Under the pieces are notes generated by a model that was not told the origin of the DNA, searched no databases, and was given only the letters and a program-made list of their open reading frames with translations. DNA of 64,000 bases from contig OZ024742.1 of assembly GCA_964016885.1 (NCBI GenBank), positions 335,234,001 to 335,298,000 of the forward strand, given 5' to 3'. Source of the DNA: Eledone cirrhosa. Its lineage: Eukaryota. A program made the position numbers and the translations under genes. Shown in pieces: positions 43,664 to 58,190 of the stretch. Position 1 is the first letter of the stretch, and every line of letters begins with the position of its first letter.

Positions 43664-45930
43664 CAAAGCATGAAGGTTGTCAGAAGCAAAATACGTGCTC
43701 TGGGAAACGAGGGAACCAAAGCTGTTAGCTGGGCTCGAGTGACGGAGGCGAAAAGTGGCAACAAGTTCACGATTCGGTCTTTGAAGGACAAAGACAGACG
43801 CGTTATACGTGAGCCGAAGCAAATGTGCGCGGCCTTTCAGCGGCACTTTGCTCAACTGTTAGGGCAGGGCGGTGCGCCGGGAGAGGTTATGGATTTCGGT
43901 TCATACCTCGACGGCCTACGCGACTCTCGTACAGCGAGGCCAAGTTCTGCGGAAGGCCGATTTCAGCCGCAGAGATAGGGGACGCGCTGAGCCAATGCGG
44001 CAAACGAAAATCTCCAGGTCTCGACAGTCTACCCTACGAATTTTACGTAGCAATGCCGGACTTGTTCTCCGGTCTCCTGGTCTACTGCAACTGGCAGCAG
44101 AACGGGAGAATTCCCAGTTCTGTGACCAAGGGCGTAATCACGTTAGCCTGGAAGGACGAGAACAAAGGGGATGACATAGGCAACTTCCGGCCCATAACTC
44201 TGTTCAACACAGAGTTACAGATTTTGGCCAAGGTGTTGGCAAAGAGGTTGACGCTTGTCGTCGAAAACCTGGTGGGTGAAGCGCAGACATGCGCAATCCC
44301 GACCAGGTCCATACACGACAACCCCCACCTCATGCGATACATCATAGAGAGGGTAGGGTGTAAACCCGGCTTCGGTGGGGCCCTGATCAACTTGGATCAG
44401 TCTAAGGCTTTCGATAGGGTTGACCATCGTTACCTGGATGCGGTGCTCGAGGCGGCAGGCTTCGGACCCGTGTTCAGGGGCTGGATTGCTGCAATGCACA
44501 ACAGCAACATCTGCTCAAGGGTCAAGGTGAACGGCTACCTCTCGGAGTCGGTCCATATCACGCGATCCATCCGACAGGGATGACCTCTTTCCTCCCTTCT
44601 GTACGTACTGACTCTCGAGCCACTACTGTGAAAGTTGGAACTACTGCAGGGCATCCCTTGGAACCGGGACTGCGAAAAGCGGCGTTGGTCTACGCCGACG
44701 ACGTGACAGTAATGGTGTCGAGCACCTCGCAAATCGGGGAGATCGGCACCTTACTGGAGGAATACGAAAGGTTCACGGGACAAATCCGTCGGTTTGCAAC
44801 TCGGAACGCGGAGAGGCAAACCGATGCCTTCCGATGACGTCGTCGGACGCTGGACGGAAGGACCGGTAAAGCTGACCGGTAAATCTACTGGCACATCGAA
44901 TGTGCTCAGGCGCTCACAGTCCTCTGGCAAACGGACCCGGCGATCAGTGGAGACTCCACTTCGACATTCTATAGAGGGTTGGTCCGCAACAAATGTGACG
45001 ACACGCTCGGAGAAACTCTGGGCGTAGAGGAGGACGAACTGGCCAGTCTGTTCGGTAGGACCTTCCGCCCCGGACCAATGGACAACTTCCAAAAGTCCCT
45101 GGCCTGACAGTGCTACCGAGGAGCTCTACCAGTTCGAGACAAGCTCTACAGACACGGGCGCCCGGGAAGGGACCCTTCGAAAAAGATCTGTCCGAGATGC
45201 GTGCGCGACGAGGAAACCGTCGCACACGCATTTGTACACTGCCCGGGCGTTACCGACCTGTGGGGCTATGTAGAACGACTATTGTCGCGGGTGGGACCAA
45301 TCCAGTTGACCACCGAGTCCATTGTCATGATCAAATTTCCACCCTCCTTCAAAAACGAGAGAGAGGCGGTTTTCCTATGTGTTATGGCTATGGTGAAAGA
45401 GGTTATATGGTGGACGAGGTTAAAAGGGCTGAGGTCAGTCTCCTTTCTCTCCGGCGAGCAACTGATTCGTTTTTTCAAATATCATTTTGGAAGAAGAATC
45501 AGGATGGAGAGAGAGGTGCTGTACCCCAGCAAATTTTATAAAAGGTGGGTGAATGTGGCAAAGATGGCCCGAGTGGTTGGGCCTTCTCTCCATATAAGCC
45601 TGTAGGTTGAGGAAAAAGAGGAAGAGAGGAAGGGAGTACTCACTCTTAGTGCTCCTGAAGATGAGGGTTGTACATTTTTTCGGGATGTGTTCAACCCCTG
45701 TGTAACACCTCCCCCCTATTGGAGATTTCAATTGTTATTTGTTATTGTATTAATAGTTTTATTTTCATATACCTGTATGTAAACTCCCCATTTGTATTTT
45801 TCCCCTTCTTTTGTGCCCTTGTGGCTAATAATTGGTATTGTTGGATGTGTTTTCAATTTTTTCATTTTCTGTATTTTTTGGTGTTTGTTGTGGGCTGTTA
45901 TTTTCATTTTTTGTTGTGTGAATTTCCATT
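43664..45930 (+). mobile_element. L1/Tx1-clade LINE, 5'-truncated ORF2 pseudogene (to 45605) plus T-rich 3' UTR
   Basis: KSPGLDSLPYEFY, FRPITLFN, LDQSKAFDRVDH, RQG*PLS, YADDV, C-terminal CPRC..ETVAHAFVHC; several frameshifts. Confidence 0.9.
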
Positions 45931-46384
45931 TCTTTACGAAAGGAAGTGTTTACTACATATATATCTTTCTGTGTGGATACATGTGACGTTTGTGACGTCA
46001 GGCGTGTTCAGTTGCTGACAAGCAGCTGAAGCTTGTTCTACTTCTAGATGTTGAGGCGATGATGTTGGCCTTTCTTTGTGCATGTCTGCTACTACCTGCT
46101 GGTCAAGTAGGCATGGCTTTCCCTTCCCATCTTCTTGTTTTGGCAAAGAAGTAGGTGCTTCGGCCATTTTTTTTTAAATGTACTGTTTTGCAAAAATATT
46201 TTGGATGTTTTTGCCCTGAGGGACACGATATTTTGGAGGACTGACCAGATCAAAATTTGACCTGTCACTCCCTCTACAAATTGGTATAAAATTAAAAGTT
46301 CGCAATGACGAATTTCTAAGGTAATTTAAACAAAACTTACCGAGCAAGTTTAACACGTGTCCATCACAGAGATAGAGATAGATA

Positions 46385-48138
46385 GGTGTGTGGGTAGGTA
46401 GGTGGGTAGGTGGGTGGGTAGGTAGGTAGGTAGGTAGGTAGGTAGGTAGGTAGGTAGGTAGGTAGGTAGGTAGGTAGGTGGTTAGGTAGGTAGGTGGGTA
46501 GGTAGGTAGGTAGGTAGGTAGGTAGGTAGGTAGGTAGGTGGGTAGGTAGGTAGGTACGTAGGTAGGTAGGTAGGTAGGTAGGTAGGTAGGTAGGTAGATA
46601 GGTAATTAGGTAGGTAGGTAGGTAGGTAGGTAATTAGGTAGGTAGGTAGGTAGGTAGATAGGTAATTAGGTAGGTAGGTGGGTAGGTAGGTAGGTAGGTA
46701 GGTAGGTGGGTAGGTAGGTAGGTAGGTAGGTAGATACGTAGGTAGGTAGGTAGGTAGGTAGGTAGGTAGGTAGGTAGGTAGGTAGGTAGGTAGGTAGGTA
46801 GGTAGATACGTAGGTAGGTAGGTAGGTAGGTAGGTAGGTAGGTAGGTAGGTAGGTAGGTAGGTAGGTAGGTAGGTTGGTAGGTAGGTAAGCTGGTTGATA
46901 GGTAGGTAAGTTGGTTGGTAGGTAGGAAGGTAGGTAGGTATGAGGTAGGTAGATACATGGTAGGTAGGTAGGTCGGTAGGTAGGTAGGTAGGTAGGTAGG
47001 TAGGTAGGTAGGTAGGTAGGTAGGTAGGTAGGTAAGCTGGTTGATAGGTAGGTAAGTTGGTTGGTAGGTAGGAAGGTAGGTAGGTATGAGGTAGGTAAAT
47101 ACGTAGGTAGGTAGGTATGTAGGTAGGTATGAGGTAGGTATGTAGGTAGGTAGGTAGGTAGGTAGGTAGGTAGGTAGGTAGGTAGGTAGCTAGGTAGGTA
47201 GGTAGATAGGTAGGTAGGTAGGAAGGTAATTAGGTAGGTTTGGTAGGTAGGTGGGTAGGTAGGTAGGTAGGTACGTAGGTAGGTAGGTGGGTAGGTAGGT
47301 AGGTAGGTAATTAGGTAGGTATGTAGGTAGGTAGGTAGGTAGGTAGGTAGGTAGGTAGGTAGATAGGTAATTAGGTAGGTAGGTTGGTAGGTAGGTAGGT
47401 AGGTAGGTAGGTAGGTAGGTAGGTAGGTAGGTAGGTAGGAAGGTAATTAGGTAGGTTTGGTAGGTAGGTGGGTAGGTAGGTAGGTACGTAGGTAGGTAGG
47501 TGGGTAGGTAGGTAGGTAGGTAGGTGGGTAGGTAGGTAGGTAGGTAGGTAGGTAGGTAGGTAGGTAGGGAGGTAGGAAGGTAGGTAGGTAGGTAGGTAGG
47601 TAGATACGTAGGTAGGTAGGTAGGTAGGTAGGTAGGTGGGTAGGTAGGTAGATAGGTAGGAAGGTAATTAGGTAGGTTTGGTAGGTAGGTGGGTAGGTAG
47701 GTAGGTACGTAGGTAGGTAGGTAGGTAGGTAGGTAGGTAGGTAGGTAGGTAGGTAGGTAGGTAGGTAGGTAGGTAGGTAGGAATATAATTAGGTAGGTTT
47801 GGTAGGTAGGTGGGTAGGTAGGTAGGTACGTAGGTAGGTAGGTGGGTAGGAAGGTAGGTAGGTAGGTGGGTAGGTAGGTAGGTGGGTAGGTAGGTAGATA
47901 GGTAGGTAGGTGGGTAGGTAGGTAGGTAGGTAGGTAGGTAGGTAGGTAGGTAGGTAGGTAGGTAGGTAGGTTAGTAGGTAGGTAGGTAGGTAGGTAGGTA
48001 GGTAGGTGGGTAGGTAGGTAGGTAGGTAGGTAGGTAGGTAGGTAGGTAGGTAGGTAGGTAGGTAGGTAGATACGTAGGTAGGTAGGTAGGTAGGTAGGTA
48101 GGTAGGTAGGTAGGTAGGTAGGTAGGTAGGTGGGTAGG
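46385..48138. repeat. (TAGG)n tetranucleotide array, about 1.75 kb
   Basis: Direct reading. Confidence 0.98.
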
Positions 48139-48139
48139 C

Positions 48140-48390
48140 AGTAAATGTTTCGGACATATACTCCTTATACTCTAAGGAGGCCTGGCCGCATCCAGATCAT
48201 AACTCCTGAGATGCCCTTCTGATGACGGCCTTGGATATCGGGTATTTGTTGTGTGTGTAGGGCAATGAAGCCGTCTGAGGATCGCTTCTGTTCCTCCTCA
48301 ACCAGATTCACCTGGAACTCTTCTCCGCTGGCTCTGGCATTGCCTTTGGGGCTTTTGTTCTCTTCTCAGAGAGTGACAGCTGTTTCTTGA
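48140..48390 (-). mobile_element. RLE-type (Hero/NeSL-like) LINE 3' end
   Basis: Minus strand reads [20 protein letters not shown], then a 3' UTR ending CCGAAACATTTACTG into (CCTA)n. Confidence 0.45.
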
Positions 48391-48433
48391 GGTTTTATAA
48401 AATTTGCCCGCAAACCTCCGGCTCCAACTTCTC

Positions 48434-48492
<59 letters not shown>

Positions 48493-48656
48493 GCGTGTGT
48501 GTGTCTGTGTCTGGGTCTGTGTGTGTCTGTGTGTGTGTGTGTGCGTGTGTGTATGCGTGCGTGTGTGGGTGTGTGGAGAAAGAGAGAGGGAGAAAGAGAG
48601 AGAGAGATAAAGAGAGATGGATAGAGAGAGAGGGAGAGGGAGGGAGAGAGAGAGAA

Positions 48657-48691
<35 letters not shown>

Positions 48692-48959
48692 CTGTAGGAC
48701 ATATAGAGAGAGAGATAGTGTTCACACACCAACACACTCTATCACATTTGTTGCTATGTGTTGCGGTGCATATGTTAATATGTATATTGATGTGAGTGTG
48801 TGTATGTGTATATGTGTGTGTGAGTGTGTGTGTGGATGTCAGTATTGTGTATGTGAGTGTTTCAGATTCCAGATGTGTATGTTTGTTTATTTTCGTGTAT
48901 ACATAGTTTGCTTATGTGTGTTTGTATGTGAATAGCATGCCTAATGATGTATAACTGTT

Positions 48960-50030
48960 GCTGTGTGTATGTATATGAGTGTGTATGTATATGTATGTGT
49001 ATATATATGAGTGTGTATGTATATGAGTGTGTATGTGTATGAATGTGTATGTATATGAGTGTGTATGTATATGAATGTGTATGTATATGAGTGTGTATGT
49101 ATGTGTATGTATATGTATGTGTATATATATGAGTGTGTATGTATATGAGTGTGTATGTATATGAGTGTGTATATATAAGAGTGTGTATGTATATGAGTGT
49201 GAATGTATATGTATGTGTATGTATATGAGTGTGTATGTATATGTATGTGTATGTATATGTATGTGTATGTATATGAGTGTGTATATATATGAATGCGTAT
49301 GTATATGAGTGTGTATGTATATGCGTGTGTATGTATATGAATGTGTATGTATATGAGTGTATGTATATGAATGTGTATGTATATGAGTGTGTATGTATAT
49401 GCGTGTGTATGTATATGAATGTGTATGTATATGAGTGTGTATGTATATGTATGTGCATATATATGAGTGTGTATGTATATGTATGTGTATATGTATGAGT
49501 GTGTATGTATATGAGTGTGTATGTATATGAGTGTGTATGTATATGAGTGTGTATGTATATGAATGTGTATATATATGAGTGTGTATGTATATGAGTGTGT
49601 ATGTATATGAATGTGTATGTATATGAGTGTGTATGTATATGAATGTGTATGTATATGAGTGTGTATGTATATGTATGTGTATATATATGAGTGTGTATGT
49701 ATATGTATGTGTATATATATGAGTGTGTATGTTTATGAGTGTGTATATATATGAGTGTGTATGTATATGAGTGTGTATATATATGAGTGTGTATGTATAT
49801 GAGTGTGTATGTATATGAATGTGTATGTATATGAGTGTGTATGTATATGTATGTGTATGTATATGAGTGTGTATGTATATGTATGTGTATATATATGAGT
49901 GTGTATGTATATGAGTGTGTATGTATATGAATGTGTATGTATATGAGTGTGTATGTATATGAATGTGTATGTATATGAGTGTGTATGTATATGTATGTGT
50001 ATGTATATGAGTGTGTATGTATATGAGTGT
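48960..50030. repeat. 16-bp minisatellite GTATATGAGTGTGTAT
   Basis: Direct reading. Confidence 0.9.
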
Positions 50031-50924
50031 GCATGGCAGTTTATGTATGTTTGGGTGTGTGTGCGTCAATATGGTTTTGTTTTGTTTCTGTGTTTTGTTT
50101 TTGTTTTTCTCGCGTGTGTTGTCTGAATTCTCGTGTACATTCGTGTAAATGTGTATATAGGAGTGAAGGTACGTAGTTGTTTTTGAATGTGCTTGTATCG
50201 GTGTGATTGTGTGTGAATCTGTGTGAATATATGTATGTGTATGTATCTGTGTATGTATTTAAATGTATGAGTGTGTATGTGTGTGTATGTGTGTGTATGT
50301 GTGTGTATGTGGGTGTATGTGGGTGTATGTGTGTGTATGTGGGTGTATGTGTGTGTATGTGTGTGTGTGTGGGTGTATGTGTGTGTATGTGTATGTGTGT
50401 GTATGTGTGTATGTGTGTGTGTGTATGTGTGTGTATGTGTGTATGTGGGTGTATGTGTGTATGGGTGTGTATGGGTGTGTATGTGTGTGTATGTGTATGT
50501 GTGTGTATGTGTGTGTATGTGTGTGTATGTTTGTGCATGTGCATGTGTGTGTGTGTGTATGTGTGTGTGTGTATGTGTATGTGTGTGTATGTGTGTGTAT
50601 GTGTGTGCATGTTTGTGCATGTGTGTGTGTGTGTGTGTGTATGTGTGCGTGTGTGTATGTGTGTGTATGTGTGTGTATGTGTTCTTGAAACAAGATAACG
50701 TCAAATATTGTTATTCTCCAAGATTAGAACCTCAACAAAACGGATTTAAGAATAAAATAATAACAACAATAACTATAACAACAACATAGAAAGAAACAGG
50801 AAGAAGAACAACAACAACTATTACAACATTAACTACTGCAACAGCAACAGTGGCAGCAATATAGAAACTAATAGAACAGCGACAACAGCAATAGTAATGG
50901 CGATTTAGAAACAACAAGCACGTC

Positions 50925-51400
50925 AACCATGATCATCATCACCATCACCACCACCTTCCCCACCACCAACGTAGCCACCACCAACGTAGCCACCACCCCC
51001 ACCACATTCACTACCAACTACATAACCACTACCACCATCACTACCTCCAACATCACCACCACCACCACCATCACTACCACCAACATAAACACTACCACCA
51101 TCACTACCACCACCATCACTACCACCACTACCACCACTATCACTGCCACCAACATAACCACTACAACCACCACTATCACCACTACCATCACCACCACCAC
51201 CATCACCACCACCACCATCACCACCACTAACATAACCACCACCACCGCCTCCACTAACATCACCACCACCATCACCACCATCATCATAACCACCACCACC
51301 ACCACAACCACAACCACAATAATGACAACATAACTACCACCACCACCACCAATGTCACCACCACCACCAGCACCACCACCATAACCACAACAATGACAAC
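50925..51400. repeat. Degenerate (ACC)n low-complexity tract (also 51600-51900)
   Basis: Direct reading. Confidence 0.85.
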
Positions 51401-52477
51401 GGTGATATAGAAACAACACAAGGAAACTAAAAGTAAAATGGTGGAAAAGGATACATATTTTGATCCGATACATTGCGTCTGCCACACGCATTTCCGAAGC
51501 AACAACTAACGTTTCTTTAAACCTCAACCAAATAGACATCAACCCGCCGACCCGCCGACCCTCCTACCGACAAACCAAACATCAGAATAGCTAGAACAAT
51601 TACCACTACAATCACCAACCCAATCAGCACCAACACCAACGCCACCGCTATCACCAACGTCACCTCCATCAACACCCCAACCCACTAATACCAACGCCAC
51701 CACCACCATCATCATCACCCGCTATCACCAATGCCACCACCATCAGCACCAACGCCACCACTAGCACTAACGCCACCACCCCCACAACACCATCCACGAT
51801 CATCCACTCGCACTAATGCCTCCACCACAACCACCAACAGCACCATCATCCACCAACACCAACGCCACCACCACGACCACCAACACCAACACCAACACCA
51901 ATTTCCTATGGGGTTTTTTTTTTTTATTAAACAAACCAATTTAAGCAAAGACTTGTGCCTCCCAGTGAAAAAAACACCATCGAAGCACGAATTCCCAGAT
52001 TGCAATTAAATTTTACAAAGATGATCGTTAGTAGTTTGTTGGTTGAATGGTTGATGCTTAAATCTGTTCTGCTATACCATCTAGCAGATCGTGCAAAAAT
52101 ACGATGGAAAAAAGATGTGGGAGGGTGGAGGTGGAGACGGACTTATAGATACACAGATAGATATATAGACAAAATGGCGGAAGTAAAAAAAAAATAGTTA
52201 AAGGAACAGATTAATTGGTGGGTATTTTTGTGGGAGCGGTTTGAATAAGATGTTGGGTGTGGAGATGGGTGTTGTGTTTGTTGTTTAGCTCCCGGCCAGC
52301 ACTAATTAAGCAGGCAAAGCTTTGATCAAAGATATTCACGCTGTGACCAACCCATCTTTCCAGGTGTTATCTTAAAAGACCTCATTCGCGTTCATTCCCT
52401 TTTTGAAGACAATTATATGATATGAGGGAAATTTACTTGCTATTTCTAGCACCCTGATGGTAAGTGTGCAGTGGGGT

Positions 52478-52510
<33 letters not shown>

Positions 52511-53675
52511 GGAGGAGGAGGAGGAGGAGGAGGAGGAGGAGGATGTTTATGATGATTAATATCATTATATATTATTGTTATTGTTTTTTATCTTTATTGT
52601 TCAGTCTTTCAAGCCATGGTTTACATCACTCGTGCAAGTTAGTTCTATTTTCACAGTCATATAACCTTTTGCACTGAAATTTTGTTACTATTTTGTAGTT
52701 AAATAAATCAGTGTCTTCGAGAGCTGGTTAGTTTAGCTCTGCCTGCAGCCCTTACGGCTAAACCGGTGTTTGCTTTTCAAACACGCTCCTCAATTTTCTG
52801 TGGAAATTAAGATCTTCGAAAATTAATGTTTCGCTCACTAAATGTAATTGCCGGTTGTCCATAGAGTGGAACAGCCAAAATTCTGAAAAACAATGACACC
52901 AACAGTTGCAACAACAACAATAACAACAACAACAGCAACAACAACCAGTAGCAACACTAACAGCAACAACAACAGCAATCAAAACACATTGTCTCTTGCA
53001 GCAGCCGTAAATGAAATAGACTTTCCACCTATGCCAATGTTTACCAATGTGTACGATGCCGCTCCACCGCAATAACAGTAAGAACCACTAAAGATCTTCA
53101 CATCCTTGGTCGTATGGTGGTGGTAGTGGTAGAAACTAGAATATTGTAGATAGAAAACCATTACAATAAAAACTTTAACTTTTAGAAGTAAAACCAAGAT
53201 GAAAAATAACTTGAAATGTCAGCTTATACTGGAACCGTAGACGTATATTTGTGTGTAACTTGGTTTCACTGGAATTAATATTTACACCTCTCTAGTCGAC
53301 AAAAAGTATCAGTAATTTACTAGTAAAGATTCAGTCATCTACACCATCCAACCTCTCTGGGAAAAAATGCCACTAGGACCAGTTTATAAAAAGGAATTTA
53401 TTGTGGTGTCGGCAATGTCCCAACATCTCATTTCTTCTGTTAAATAATAAACCTATTTGTTTCGTAATTATGTTATAACTTCTGTTGTGCACAAGAGACA
53501 TATACTGAATCTATTTATGAAAAGTGTAGCACTCTTTATTATTGCCCAGTTCATATTGACATTATTCTGCCTTCGGTCTCAAATAAGCTTTAAGAGAGAT
53601 GATGCATTTCTTATGTAAATATTGCGAAACGAGTGTATAAGTGTGGTGTGTATTGCAAACAAATAAATGCTAACA

Positions 53676-54250
53676 GAGGCGGCGAGTTGGCAGAGTCGTT
53701 AGAACGTCGGATAGATGCTTTAGGGTATTCGTTCCGGCTCTCTGATCAAATCCCGCCGAGGTCAACTTTGCCTTTCATCCTTTCGAGGTCATTAAAAAGT
53801 ATCAGTCTAGTACTGGGGTTGATTCTTCCTCTATATCTCTTTCTCATTTCCTCTCTCTCACTTTCTATCTTTCTCTGGAAGAAATCTGCTGTACTCAGAC
53901 CTGGAGAGGGATGGGCTCCGCCAGGTTTTAAATGCCCAAGAAGTGCCGTATGTCAATACGGGGCCCCTATGAGACAATCAGGAGTTACGGGACCATACAT
54001 AGTATATATATTAATGTCTAATAGCGCAATACCAAAGGAAATGAAGTGGTATAATAATTGTTTCTACTTTTGGTACAAGGCCAGCAATTACCCAGTACAT
54101 TACTGGTACTTTATTTTATCGACCCCGTAAGGATGAAAGGCAAAGTTAACCTCGGCGGTATTTAAACTCAGTCTGTAAAGGAACGTAACTCTGTGCTCCA
54201 AAGCATGGCATCCGACCCTCTGCCAATATTGCCAATCCACCACCCTTGAA
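53676..54250. mobile_element. Two tail-to-tail copies of the 2862-type SINE (53676-53830 +, 54050-54250 -)
   Basis: Shared TCCCGCCGAGGTCAACTTTGCCTTTCATCC body. Confidence 0.8.
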
Positions 54251-55044
54251 GAGGTATAATAATGTCAATACCATCGAAGCAAGAAATTAACCCATAGAGA
54301 AGATTGACTGTAAATACATTATTTATAAAATACAGTCTCATAGAGTATATCAAAACCATTTTTAACAATTTCATATATAAAATAGCAAGTGTAGAAATAG
54401 AGAGAATGATAATTTGTCAAAACTGTATGAATGGCTTAATAGCTTTTTGTCTACCTCAAGGTGTTTGTCCTTATTAAATTATATTTGTCAGTGAATCATT
54501 TACAATAATCTATCTCTAAATTCCAGCAAAATAAAATGAATCTTATGACATAAATATATAAACAAATATCCGACTTTGTAAAGTTAAAACCCAACAAGTA
54601 TGTGATTAAACAATTGGCTCCTTTTCTTTAGTTAACCTATAATAGTTAGGCCTTTAGTTAGAACAGTTTGATTGGTTTGGTTTGGTTTGGTTTAGTTGAT
54701 ATTATTACTTTTTACAGTTGTAAACAAAAAAATCAAGCATATTTTTACAAACACGAATAAGGATTTTAAAAATCTAATAAAAAACCAGTTTTATGCGAGA
54801 ATTTAAAATGTCAGAAAATGTATTTTGGAATCAATTCTAGAATATCATTCTCATATAAGAAATTCGTTCTCTATTGAATATCGATTCAAAACAAATACTG
54901 TCATCAGATTTACATAAATATTAACCAGTTATCATGAGCATCACTAACATTATCACTCCTCTTTGTTTTTTAAATAAGGAAATATCTCAGCTGTACTAAT
55001 TTGAAGATTTAAAATCAAAGATGAAATAAGAAAGAAATAAAACT

Positions 55045-55385
55045 ATTGAAAATATGCAAATGTATGACCTTCTTCGGTCATGACTGACCATGGGTTTGCA
55101 CCTGAAAAATTCCTATTCAAGATACAAGCCTAGACAGTGTTTTGTGGAATACTAGCAGTCGCTCATACATACCAGTCTCCACCCTTGTCTCTGCACGTTA
55201 CCAAAGGAAAGGGAAGGACACATCCAACTTAGCATCAGTGTCGTTGATACTTTTTCCAGCTGGGTGGACTGTAGCAATGTGAAATAAAGTGTTTTAGTCA
55301 AGAACACAATGAGCCGCCGGTAATCGAACTGACACTCTTACTATAAGGAGTCCAACATCTGAACTACTAAGCCACACGATTTCAA
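55045..55385 (-). mobile_element. tRNA-derived SINE
   Basis: Minus-strand head TGGCTTAGTAGTT..GTTCGATT; body matches 13803-14070. Confidence 0.75.
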
Positions 55386-55611
55386 GCAAAAATAAATGGG
55401 TTTCCATCCCAATTTGCAACGTCATCCGATATATATTGAATCCTATTTTGATTTAATAAAAAGAAAAACATCTTGATTTGAAAATCCTATTCATCCTTCT
55501 GTATCCAATTATCATTCCGATATAATAATATTCCTCTATAACTATTTACTTACTAATACCTTCCATTTACTTTGAAGATAAATGTCATCTTTATCTTGTT
55601 TCTATATATTT

Positions 55612-55885
55612 TAGCTTAGTGGTTAGGCTGTTCGACTCGAAAGGTCTGGAGTCCGATTCCTGATGGTGCAAGAAAATTTATTTCATGTTGTTCCAGTCCA
55701 CTTAGCTGGGGGAAAATATTAGTTATAACTATAATTTAAAGGACCAGCCTTATCACACATTAGGTGATAATGTTGGTCCTGAAATTTCAGTTAAGTGTAC
55801 ATGTCTTTGTGTAAGCCTCAGACATTCGCATATTAATTTCAAACAACTGAAACAAACATCGTTGAAACCGACGGAAGTCCAACAA
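55612..55885 (+). mobile_element. tRNA-derived SINE (degraded)
   Basis: TAGCTTAGTGGTTAG head, GAGTCCGATTCC B-box, shared body. Confidence 0.65.
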
Positions 55886-56560
55886 CATTTTCTTAGTATA
55901 ATAACTTTCATTTATTTGAAAATAGATACATTTATTTTGTTTCTATATTTTGTTTTAAAACAATACAAGATAACTGATTTCAATATCTGTTTTTGTATTC
56001 TTAATCCACCATTATCGATATATCCTCAATTTGTTGAATATCTCCTTTTGTTTTTTATGTGTTTTCGTTTGGTTTTGCTTATTTGATTTTTTTACATATC
56101 GATTACTAATGTATATATAGCTGTTCTGCTAGAGAATGGACCACAGGTGGGGTATAACGATACGGCCTTCAGATATGATGGTTAGTTGCGATATAAGCGG
56201 TATAAGCGGTATAGGTGATATAAACGAGCTCCTGTTGGTCGAAAAAACTGCCCCGAACCAGCAGCAATAAACTACTAGGAGAGATGGTGTAATCAGTGAC
56301 ACCTTTAGCACCCAAGAAAAATCTCATAGCCCAGTGATGTACCTACGACGAAGCAAGTAAAGGTCGCCTCTAAAAGAAGCCTAGTTTTCGCAGGTCTGAG
56401 AAAAGTACCAAAATTAGTGACTGGTGTGAATAAGACCACCAAACCTGCAATATGGTTAGAGGCAACAAAACCAATCATACTGCATCATCCTTCACGTTGG
56501 TTAACAAGGGGCGCGTTCAGGCTTTATGTACAAAGGTTGCGAATCCTGAGACCTTAAAGA

Positions 56561-56970
56561 GTGTCCAGAAGAGAACAAACCTTAATAATTCGAACCTGGA
56601 ATGTTCCAACCCTTGCGAGTAAAGGTGAAGTAGTGGAAGAGGTCAGATCGTACCGGCTAGATTTAGTCGGGGTGTCCTCTACAAAGTTCCGTGGCTCTGG
56701 TACTGTAGATTTCGATGGAGGATGGAAACTCCACTGTTCAAGTGTAGTGCCAAAAATTACTACACAGGTAGGTGTGGGGATACTCACCAGTCCCCGACTG
56801 TCGGAATATGTTATGGACTGGATCCCGCTGGAAGGGAAGATTTTCATCTTGAAGTTTAGGGTGAAAGAAAGATCACAGTAGGTGGTGCAAGTTTATGCGC
56901 CAAACGGAGTCTGAGTACAGATACTTCCTTGATGAAGTCACTGCAACGTTAGATGTAGTTAAAACTGAGT
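56561..56970 (+). pseudogene. AP-endonuclease N-terminus of an RTE-clade LINE
   Basis: IRTWNV..LDLVGVSSTK.RGSG..GVGILTSPRL..VQVYAPN, with stops. Confidence 0.8.
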
Positions 56971-57229
56971 CATACGAGGTTTGGCTGAATAGTTCATAGA
57001 CTGACCAAGATACTCTCAGGGAATGTGAACAAACGAGGTTAATTTTTCAACATGTATATATATATATATATATGACCAGTGCCTTCGGTTTGTTTTCTTG
57101 GTGTCACACTTTATAACAGTAGCGTTTACTCTGAACATATTGATTTTAACTTTCAATCCATTGAGTGCTTTGTAATTGCCTCAAACACTTCGAATAGTAC
57201 TTGCTGTGCAACAGCTAAAATGTATACCG

Positions 57230-57300
<71 letters not shown>

Positions 57301-57387
57301 GGGGGAGTATGGGTTAACTGAACAGAGATGTGCGGACCACAACAGTTAGAATCAACTGAATATGGCCTCCGACCTTTTATTCATATA

Positions 57388-57992
57388 CAGTGGTGCCTTG
57401 ACTTACGAGTTTAATTCGTTTCGTGACGGAGCTCGTAACTCAAATTACTCGTATGTCGAAGTACCTGGGGTCTGCTGCAGCAAATCAGCGTAAATAGCTC
57501 GTGCCTTCACGGAGATTATAGCCTCCGTCACGGTATCTCCTGCAAGCTGCTTCTCCGTCAACCACACTATCAGCAGCTTTTCCATATTTTCATGGATAGA
57601 TGTCCGTCGTTTATAAATTATTGGCTGGTGTTATAGCCTTTATCCACTCCTTCTGCTTCAGTATGGTACAGATCGTAAAACTGCTATGCTCGTACTGCTT
57701 CGCCAAGTTGACTGCACGCATACCATGGTCGTTTTTCGATAATTTCTTTCCTTAATTCAATGCACATCATCCGTTTCTTCATCTCAGTACTGTCATTCGC
57801 GCTCATTTTCTTCGGACCTATGGGATGGTGGGCGGATTTTACGGCGTTCATTGTGGCCAACTGGCGGAGGGTATCTGAAGCTGGCTCGTAACCCGAATTT
57901 TAGCTCGCAACTCAAAACAAAAAATCGGCCGAAATATGGCTCGTATCTCGAAAACTCGTTAGTTGGGACACTCGTAAGTCAAGGTACCGCTG
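57388..57992 (-). mobile_element. Internally deleted Tigger/pogo DNA transposon
   Basis: 22-bp TIR CAG(T/C)GGT(G/A)CCTTGACTTACGAG, TA TSD; CENP-B-type HTH remnants GPKK..IELRKEIIEK, LAKQY..TICTILK, MEKLLIVWLTEKQLAGD. Confidence 0.9.
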
Positions 57993-58000
57993 TATGTATG

Positions 58001-58067
<67 letters not shown>

Positions 58068-58190
58068 GTATCCACAGTAAGTTGTGGGGTCTATTCTGCA
58101 TGAAGAACTCGATGTAATCCATATGTTGAAAATGTAGGTTAAGATAAATCTAGGAAAACAATAAAACATTAAAAGGAAAACAGAGTCATG

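Noticed and set aside
46385-48138. Telomeric repeat
   Set aside because: The unit is TAGG, not TTAGGG or TTAGG, and it is interstitial
48219-48240. CTGATGA as a hammerhead core
   Set aside because: No stem II-GAAA follows
48862-50069. His-rich 385-390 aa proteins
   Set aside because: Read-through of a 16-bp minisatellite in multiple frames
52893-53075. Possible terminal exon (...NEIDFPPMPMFTNVYDAAPPQ*)
   Set aside because: In-frame stop just upstream, weak acceptor, half of it is (AAC)n; no recognisable homology
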